Source: Octopus sinensis
Lineage: Eukaryota
Direction of reading: 5' to 3'
Assembly: GCF_006345805.1 (NCBI RefSeq)
Contig: NW_021828641.1
Span: 1 to 7,966, forward strand
DNA: 7,966 nt
The stretch's first letter is position 1. The number at the start of each line of letters is the position of its first letter. This document shows positions 1 to 6,419 of this stretch, in pieces. The position numbers and the translations under genes were made by a program. The notes beneath the pieces were generated by a model. That model was given only the letters and a program-made list of their open reading frames with translations, was not told the DNA's origin and did not search any database.

Positions 1-70
1 GTATTGGTGAACGGGTGACCTTTCAACAGTTGAATGCGATTGTCTAAAATGTGTGTATTATTTGTGGCGT

Positions 71-200
71 ATATATGTACGCATATATATGTAATATATA
101 TGTATATTTATATATATATAATAGATATATATATATATATATTATATGATATAAATATTATATATGTATCTTTATATATGTATGTATATATATATATCTA

Positions 201-248
<48 letters not shown>
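71..248. repeat. Degenerate (TA)n microsatellite region
   Basis: Long TA dinucleotide runs, purest at about 207-247. Confidence 0.95.
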
Positions 249-249
<1 letters not shown>

Positions 250-549
250 TAATTAATTAGAGAGATACAAATGACAATCAATAATTTATTTATATTATAA
301 TATAAGATACTACACTATGAATATAATATGATATAACATAAATTATAATTGCTTACGTTATAATATTCATAGTATATTCTATTATATTATAATATAAATA
401 AATTACTGGCTTCTCAATTGAATCTCTATTTAATTTATTGTTTATAATTTGCATGATACCCATATTTATGTGGTATTCAACCGACGAACCCGTGAATTCG
501 ATGTTTTTATACACCAATTTGAAAGAATGTTTTCCTTTGTTTGTTACCT

Positions 550-550
<1 letters not shown>

Positions 551-597
<47 letters not shown>
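551..597. repeat. (TA)n microsatellite
   Basis: Direct reading. Confidence 0.95.
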
Positions 598-598
<1 letters not shown>

Positions 599-811
599 TG
601 ATACTGGTGTACATAGGGTAATGTGTTTGAAATTTGGGGTTTCTTTGGTTTGTTTTTTCCTAAAACAACACTTTTAGTGCTGTTGACACCGCGGTGTACT
701 GTCCAGGTGTCGAAACAATAATGATATCCGTGGTGCAGCTGATGATGGAGGTATGTTGGATTGTTGGTGTGGCTGTTTTTGAGTATGTGGAATAGTATTA
801 TAACATATCTT

Positions 812-985
812 TTATATATATATATATATATGCATAAGTGTATACTGTCAATATGCTGTGCGTTAGAGAGTAAAAGAGCACCATTATTCTGTTAATACAT
901 ACACACATACATACATACATATGTATATAAATGTGCATGTGTGTGCGCGTTTCTGTGTGTGGTGTGTGTGTGCGTGTGTGTGTGT
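812..985. repeat. Cluster of short microsatellites: (TA)n 812-832, (CATA)n/(TG)n 895-985
   Basis: Direct reading. Confidence 0.85.
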
Positions 986-1039
986 TCATTGATGTATGCT
1001 TCCGTACGTTCAACAATAGATAGCCGCATAACCGCAACT

Positions 1040-1392
1040 GCCTTCAATCGAGCAGATCGACCCCAGGACTTATTCCTTGTAAGCCTAGTACTTATTCTAT
1101 CGGTCTCTTTTGCCGAATCGCTAAGTTACGGGGACGTAAACACGCCAGCAGCAGTTGTCAAGCGATGTTGGGTGAGCAAACACAGACACACAAACACATA
1201 CACACACATACATATATATACATATATACGACGGGCTTCTTTCAGTTTCCGTCTACCAAATCCACTCACAAGGCTTTGGTCGGCCCGAGGCTATAGTAGA
1301 AGACACTTGCCCAAGGTGCCACGCAATGGGACTGAACCCGGAACCATGTGGTTGGTAAGCAAGCTACTTACCACACAGCCACTCCTACGCCT
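1040..1392 (-). mobile_element. tRNA-derived SINE, family 'A' copy 1 (head, CORE-like segment, internal microsatellite, 3' domain)
   Basis: Minus strand begins aggcgtaggagtggctgtgtggtaag (A-box-like TGGCTGTGTGG) and has gggttcagtccc (B-box-like), then ccttgggcaagtgtctt, which resembles the CORE-SINE motif. An internal (TA/TG) microsatellite lies at about 1175-1230. Homologous copies occur at 3243-3375 and 7855-7951. Confidence 0.85.
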
Positions 1393-1422
1393 ATGCATTA
1401 CATAACAGAGGGATTTTCTAAG

Positions 1423-1428
1423 TTTATT
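1423..1428 (-). promoter_or_regulatory. Candidate polyadenylation signal AATAAA
   Basis: First AATAAA on the minus strand after the stop codon (about 250 nt downstream), followed by a T/GT-containing stretch (ctctgttatgtaatg). Confidence 0.4.
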
Positions 1429-1444
1429 TCAGGTCAGTCTTTTT

Positions 1445-1605
1445 TGTATGTATGTATGTATGTATGTATGTATGTATGTATGTGTGTATGTATGTATGTA
1501 TGTATGTATGTATGTACGTACGTATGTATGCATGTGTATGCATGTGTATACCAGCGTATATGTATGTATTTATGTATGTATGCATGCATGCATGCATGTA
1601 TATAC
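1445..1605. repeat. (TATG)n compound microsatellite grading into TACG/TGCA units, in the putative 3' UTR
   Basis: Direct reading. It lies between the stop codon (1676) and the candidate AATAAA (1428). Confidence 0.95.
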
Positions 1606-1675
1606 ATTTACAGACACATTTTTGATGTAAATTCATAGAATTAATTGGCGAAAAAATTAAATATATATAATTATG

Positions 1676-3047
1676 TCAATATGTTTTGGAACCATAATAC
1701 CTGACACTTCTTGGAATCCTCCTCCGACCACCATTCCTGTCATCAGTTCGACGACCATTCTCGTCATCAGTTCGACGATCATTATCGTCATCAGTTCGAC
1801 GATCATTATCGTCATCAGTTCGACGACCATTATCGTCATCAGTTCGACGACCATTCTCGTCATATGTTGGACGACCATTCTCGTCATCAGTTCGACGACC
1901 ATTATCGTCATCAGTTCGACGACCATTATCGTCATCAGTTCGACGACCATTCTCGTCATATGTTGGACGACCATTCTCGTCATCAGTTCGACGACCATTC
2001 TCGTCATCAGTTCGACGACCATACTCGTAATATTCAGTTGTACGATCAATCACGTCATATGTTGGTGGCTGGTATTCACCTTCGTCAATGAATGTCGTAA
2101 TTTCTCTATCGTAGGGTGGTGGTGGGATGACGGTCCATTCGTAGTCCTGTGTGCAGTGGTAGCCTAATTCCATTCCTTTCACGCCACAATGTGGATCATA
2201 ACTGCGCCAATCGTCAGAGTAGTCGCGATGGTAGCTAGGGTATCTGTTTCGTCGGTTGCTCCGGCGATAGCATCTGCCACCTCCATCATGATAATCGCCA
2301 TGGCAACCTCCATTGTGGTGACCGCCATGATGTTCTTCACCATCGTAACCTCGTTCGTTGTCGCCCTCCCCATGATGGTGACCTCCATGAGGACCTCCTC
2401 CATGGTGACCTTCTCCATGGTGACCTCCACGATGACCTCCTTCATGGTGACCTTCTCCATGATGACCTCCATGATGACCTTCATGGTGACCTCTTTCATG
2501 GCTGCCCTCCCCATGATGGTTTCCCCTATGACCTCCTCCATAGGGCCGCTCCTCACTGTGGTGACCCCCATGATGTCTCCCTCCATGTTGACCTCGTCCA
2601 TGATGCATTCCACCACGGTGGCTACCTCCATGATGGCGACCGCCGTGATGGCCACCTCGACCGTGCCCCTCTCCATGACGGTCATCGTAATGATCTTCCA
2701 CATAAACGTCAGTTGGACGATCATAATCTTCACGCTCGCCTTCATACTGATCTTCATAGCGACTTCGTCTAGGACCATAGTCATGTCGACGACTATCTTG
2801 ATATCTATAGCGATCACGTCGAAAACCGTTATCATCATCACGTCGTTGGCTTAAAGGCCGCCGAAGAAACCGTCGCCAGCGTCGCTGACCGGAATTTCGA
2901 TTCTGTTGGCCAGAATCTTGTCCATCGTCTTGACCTATGTTTTGCTGGTTCAAATGCTGACCTCTGATGCGGTCATAAAGCCTTGCAGAACGTTGAAGGC
3001 TTGGATTATCGTAGATTTCTGCAGGATCATTTTTCGATTTGTTAAAG
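1676..3047 (-). CDS. Probable terminal coding exon of an uncharacterised His/Gly-rich, Arg/Asp/Tyr-rich repetitive protein (about 456 aa in this exon; 5' exon not securely identified)
   Basis: The 425-aa ORF in the track starts at a TTG (2953). The same frame stays open upstream to 3052 (TAA at 3055-3053), adding FNKSKNDPAEIYDNPSLQRSARLYDRIRGQH. The first in-frame ATG is only at aa116 of the track ORF (2608). A pyrimidine tract and first AG lie at 3084-3048. The stop is TGA at 1678-1676. The segment is GC-rich in an AT-rich background and is the only frame open across both repeat blocks and the unique linker. Confidence 0.8.
1733..2020 (-). repeat. Coding minisatellite, 12 x 24 nt (GRRTDD[E/D]N; variants GRPTYDEN, DRRTDD[D/E]N, GRRTDDRN)
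   Basis: Plus-strand unit att(c/a)tcgtcatcagttcgacga(c/t)c repeated contiguously with no spacers. 1805-1900 is identical to 1901-1996. Confidence 0.97.
2276..2677 (-). repeat. His/Gly low-complexity coding block with degenerate GHH/HGEGHH/GGRHHGG repeats
   Basis: aa 93-226 of the track ORF. Manual count is about 41 His and 52 Gly in 134 aa. Recurrent DNA units such as catggtgaccttctccat at 2401 and 2444. Confidence 0.95.
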
Positions 3048-3084
3048 CTATTTTAACCAATCAAAAATAGAGAGAAAGAGAAAA
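3048..3084 (-). promoter_or_regulatory. Candidate 3' splice acceptor (polypyrimidine tract plus TAG) for the large exon; phase 2
   Basis: Minus strand reads ttttctctttctctctatttttgattggttaaaaTAG|CTTTAAC. The TAG at 3050-3048 is the first AG after the tract. A weaker alternative, cctgCAG|AAATC (exon start 3018), would be phase 1. Confidence 0.55.
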
Positions 3085-3165
3085 TTACGAGTCATGACAA
3101 TTAACGACACGAATAGACATACATCGTCAGCAAATGCTGATGACTCTGATGAAGGAGCGTCTGGA

Positions 3166-3200
3166 TGGTCATTCAATATGCTAGAAATAACAGCCAAATC
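3166..3200 (+). repeat. 35-bp element with an inverted partner at 5064-5098
   Basis: tggtcattcaatatgctagaaataacagccaaatc matches the reverse complement of 5064-5098 (tggtcattctatatgctagaaatagcagccaaatc) at 33/35. Confidence 0.9.
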
Positions 3201-3242
3201 TCCATCAAACCCTACACACACATAGAGGCTACCCCCACAAAT

Positions 3243-3375
3243 TTAGTCGGCAAAATTCACTCACAAGGCCCGGGGCTATCGTAGAAGACATTTGCCCAAG
3301 GTGCCACGCAGAGGGACTGAACTCAAAACTACGTAGTCACAAAACGAGCTTCTTAACGAAACAGCCGTGTCCGTA
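3243..3375 (-). mobile_element. SINE family 'A' copy 2, diverged head fragment
   Basis: cactcacaaggc..ccggggctatcgtagaagacatttgcccaaggtgccacgcagagggactgaac aligns with 1263-1340, with a 10-nt deletion. Confidence 0.85.
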
Positions 3376-3635
3376 TGTTTGCATTTGCAACCGACAGGGG
3401 GCTTCTTTGGTAACATTTAGTAAGGGAAGAAAGGGCAGAATCTATAACCGTTTATTAATTTCTTTTTTTTTTGGTGGGGTGGGGAGGGCATTATTAGAGG
3501 AAGTTAAGCTTATGCTGATTCTTGTCCTGAATTTTAGAAACGAGTTGAAGTTTGCAGAGGGTTCCAAATGCTTGCAATGGAATATTTGCAAAGGGGTGTA
3601 TTCCGATAAACTAGTCAATTTTATTGCAACCGAAA

Positions 3636-3864
3636 GGCGGCGAGCTGGCAGAAACGTTAGCACGCCGGGCAAAATGCGTAGCTGTATTTCGTCTGTCGTT
3701 ACGTTCTGAGTTCAAATTCCGCCAAGGTCGACTTTGCCGTTCATCCTTTCGGGGTCGATAAATTAAGTACCAGTTACGCACTGGGGTCGATGTAATCGAC
3801 TTAATCCGTTTGTCTGTCCTTGTTTTCCCCCTCTATGTCTAGCCTCTTGTGGGCAATAAAGAAA
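3636..3864 (+). mobile_element. tRNA-derived SINE, family 'D' copy 1 (full length, tail type 1)
   Basis: ggcggcgagcTGGCAGAAACGTTAG (A-box-like) ... GAGTTCAAATTCCgcc (B-box; ccgcc can pair with the 5' ggcgg), a central domain (catcctttcggggtcgataaattaagtaccag), and an A-rich end aataaagaaa. Four related copies are in the window. Confidence 0.9.
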
Positions 3865-3866
3865 TT

Positions 3867-4064
3867 AGAAACGATAGCACGCCGGGCAAAAATGCTTAGC
3901 GGTAGTTTGTCTGTCTTTACGTTCTTAGTTCAAATTTCGCCGAGGTCAACTTTGCCTTTCGGGGTCGATAAATTAAGTACCTGTTACACACTGGGGTAGA
4001 TCTAATCGACTGGCCTCCCCTCCCACAAAATTTCGGGCTTGTGCCTAGAGTAGAAAATATTATT
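3867..4064 (+). mobile_element. SINE family 'D' copy 2 (5'-truncated, tail type 2)
   Basis: Starts at agaaacgatagcacgccggg immediately after copy 1. It has an 8-nt deletion in the core and ends cctcccctcccacaaaatttcgggcttgtgcctagagtagaaaatattatt. Confidence 0.9.
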
Positions 4065-4124
4065 AGTTATACTTCCAATATGTATTTCAGTGGTGGAGGT
4101 CATACAATATTTTTATTGTTTTAA

Positions 4125-4269
4125 GGCGACGAGCTGGCAGAATCGTTAGCACGCCGAGCGAAATGCGTAGCCGTATTTCGTCTGCCGTTACGTTCTGAGT
4201 TCAAATTCTGCCGAGATCGACTTTGCCTTTCATCCTTTCGGGGTCGATAAATTAAGTACCAGTTACGCA
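4125..4269 (+). mobile_element. SINE family 'D' copy 3 (3'-truncated)
   Basis: Highly similar to 3636-3780 and stops after gtaccagttacgca. Confidence 0.9.
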
Positions 4270-4692
4270 TATACAGTAATATACATATACAGTAATGTGT
4301 TGGAGATGGGAAGGACACATTTAAGAATTGACTAAATAACCACAGGTCCTCTTTTGGGATCCAAAAGTGGTACATTACTCTTTGGCTAACTACATATGTT
4401 GTTCAAAAGAGGAGGGACCACCATACACAATTGAAAGATTGAGTGGGAGATAACTCCATCTCGATAAGAAGGGGTTTTCTATTCGAAGTATTTCCTTTAA
4501 AAGCTGAATAAGCAGAGCAAGGGTACACACGGAGACAGAAAGTGTCGGCGAGGGGATCTCAGATGTGTGACGAAAGATTCCCGGACAATGGACAAGAGTT
4601 GGAATAAGAACAGAAATAAACGAGTGAAGAACGAATATACAGTGCGTGTGTTTATTTGGCAAAAACAAAATGACCGTCCCGAAATACAATAT

Positions 4693-4694
4693 AC

Positions 4695-4733
<39 letters not shown>

Positions 4734-4813
4734 TATATATACATATACACATACATATGTATTATACGTATGTACGTATTTATGTGTGTATGCATATATA
4801 TAGGTATACACAA

Positions 4814-4859
<46 letters not shown>

Positions 4860-4930
4860 GAACACACATACACACGCACCACATGCACATACATACGCAC
4901 ACATGAAATGCACACACACACACACGCATA
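4693..4930. repeat. Compound (TG)n/(CA)n/(TA)n microsatellite with quasi-palindromic organisation
   Basis: (GT)15 at 4701-4730, (CA)n at 4815-4840, (TA)n at 4841-4859, and further CA-rich sequence to about 4930. Confidence 0.95.
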
Positions 4931-5063
4931 CCGACAAACAGAAACACACTGACAATTTTGAATGAACCAAATATGAAGAGTGCATTTTTCATAAAAACAA
5001 CGAAATCCTAACAGCTTTGTACACCTTTTCTATTTAAAGTCTCTAACAGTATGATTCTACACG

Positions 5064-5098
5064 GATTTGGCTGCTATTTCTAGCATATAGAATGACCA
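5064..5098 (-). repeat. 35-bp element with an inverted partner at 3166-3200
   Basis: 33/35 identity to 3166-3200 in the opposite orientation. Weaker similarity extends about 15 nt further (gagggagcctc versus gaaggagcgtc). Confidence 0.9.
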
Positions 5099-5145
5099 AT
5101 TGGAGGCTCCCTCTTTGGCTTGTTGTTGCAGTATGCTGCGATGAT

Positions 5146-5390
<245 letters not shown>

Positions 5391-5639
5391 AATCTTTTTA
5401 CTATAGGCACAAGACCTGAAATTTTGGGGGAGGGGGTAAGTCGATTACATCGACCTCAGTGTATCACTGGTACTTAATTTTGGGGGAGGCAGTAGATTAG
5501 ATCGACCCCCCAGTACGCAACTGGTACTTATTTTATCCACCCTGAAAATATTATGAAAGCAATGTCGACGACGGCGGAATTCGAACTCAGAACGTAAAGA
5601 CAGACGAAATAACGCTAACGTTTCTGCCAGCTCGCCGCC
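5391..5639 (-). mobile_element. SINE family 'D' copy 4 (inverted orientation, internal duplication, tail type 2, long (TAT)n tail)
   Basis: Minus strand reads ggcggcgagctggcagaaacgttagc..gttctgagttcgaattccgcc. The aagtaccag..ggtcgat..ccccc block occurs twice. It ends caaaatttcaggtcttgtgcctatagtaaaaaagattat and runs into the (AAT)n tract at 5146-5390. Confidence 0.88.
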
Positions 5640-5649
5640 AACTAACTAT

Positions 5650-6040
5650 CAATTATTACAATTATTATTATCATTGTTGTTGGTGGGGGGTTGGCTGCGC
5701 GGGGGGGGTAGTGTTTTGGTTGATGTTGTTTTAGGGGTTGTTATTCTTGTTATCCCCTTCATCATCATCATCATCATGATCATCATCATGATCATCATCA
5801 TCATTACCATCATCATTACCATCATTATTATTATTGGTATCATCAATATACAAAATTTGATAAATAGTGCTAATATCAAAAATTAGGAACATTTTAGAAA
5901 ACATGCAAAAAGCTAATTAAGGTTAATAGAAACGCTCAAACATTTAATGGTTATTGCTATTATTATCATTATTGATGCTATTATTATTATTATCATCATC
6001 AAAATTATTATTATCGTTGTTGTTATTATGATTATTACAT
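5650..6040. repeat. Degenerate trinucleotide low-complexity region (ATT/ATC/GTT)
   Basis: Two blocks at about 5650-5845 and 5955-6040. Confidence 0.9.
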
Positions 6041-6400
6041 AATGCGTTGGACTGACAAAATCGGTAAAACATGAGACAACATCGCTGGACTCGTAGGGTC
6101 AAGAGGCACGTACCCGCATATCCGACCACTAAGCAGAAGAGAGCAACGAGAAAAGACCTTCCACGCAACTACCTCATCCGAACAGCAAGACTAAACATAG
6201 TAGTCTGGTCCACCCTTGGGGTACGACGTTCACCTGGAGCGTAGTTGTTCCCCCGCAGCCGATCCGAGCGCTTCCAGACGGCTGTGAACGCGATATTGAC
6301 CCCGTGCATGGGGTGCAACCGGCAGCTGAAGCAAGGCCAGCACCAGTTTTTCTTCTGTCTAGCAGCTAGGGTAAAATGCTGAATGTTGGGACGAAGCAAA
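6040..6400 (+). mobile_element. GC-rich structured segment, possibly a decayed 5' fragment of an RTE-clade LINE
   Basis: Island of about 55% GC with several hairpins. Motifs ggtcaagaggc, ccacgcaac..tccg and gcgcttccagacgg resemble RTE 5' regions as I remember them (not searched). It ends in GKMLNVGT, loosely like the start of an APE endonuclease domain. Confidence 0.35.
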
Positions 6401-6419
6401 AACGATTAAGACAAAACAC

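Noticed and set aside
34-1638. ORFs with YI/VC/MYVC/HTYI runs (34-252, 438-677, 798-1037, 941-1405, 1348-1638, 1424-1636, 1448-1630)
   Set aside because: Translations of microsatellites and a SINE.
1733-2020. CRISPR-like appearance of the 24-nt repeats
   Set aside because: Units are contiguous with no unique spacers, there are no cas genes, the context is eukaryotic, and the array translates in frame.
1657-2167. Overlapping ORFs 1673-2167 (+), 1711-2091 (+, QFDDHSRH repeats) and 1657-2049 (-)
   Set aside because: A 24-nt stop-free unit keeps several frames open. These ORFs end soon after the array and are shadows of the long frame.
2179-2854. Met/Val/Thr-rich ORFs 2179-2841 (-) and 2189-2854 (+)
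   Set aside because: Explained by CAT/GGN codon runs of the His/Gly block read in other frames; no independent evidence of coding.
1676-2953. Assignment as reflectin, suckerin or histidine-rich beak protein
   Set aside because: No Met-rich reflectin repeat (only two real Met), no Ala-rich modules as in suckerins, and no GAGFA/GHGLY motifs. No gene symbol is given.
3137-3190. Hammerhead-like CTGATGA...GAAA
   Set aside because: No stem II pairing between the bases after either CTGATGA and those before GAAA, and no stem I/III with a cleavage triplet.
3472-3488. G-rich runs (ggtggggtggggaggg; also 5682-5709) as G-quadruplexes
   Set aside because: Fewer than four G3 tracts in each; not distinguishable from low-complexity background.
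3407-4375. ORFs 3407-3709, 3442-3672 and 4121-4375
   Set aside because: They overlap SINE D copies, have no recognisable domain, and mostly use non-ATG starts.
4390-4992. Cluster of short ORFs around the TG/CA microsatellite
   Set aside because: Repeat-driven. An acceptor-like ttattCAG on the minus strand near 4503 had no convincing donor or protein-like frame.
6040-6130. HDV-like ribozyme at the putative RTE 5' end
   Set aside because: I could place only a tentative P4 (GG-cacgta-CC). P1 and P2 pairings did not close, so it is at best degenerate. An RNArobo or Infernal search would settle it.
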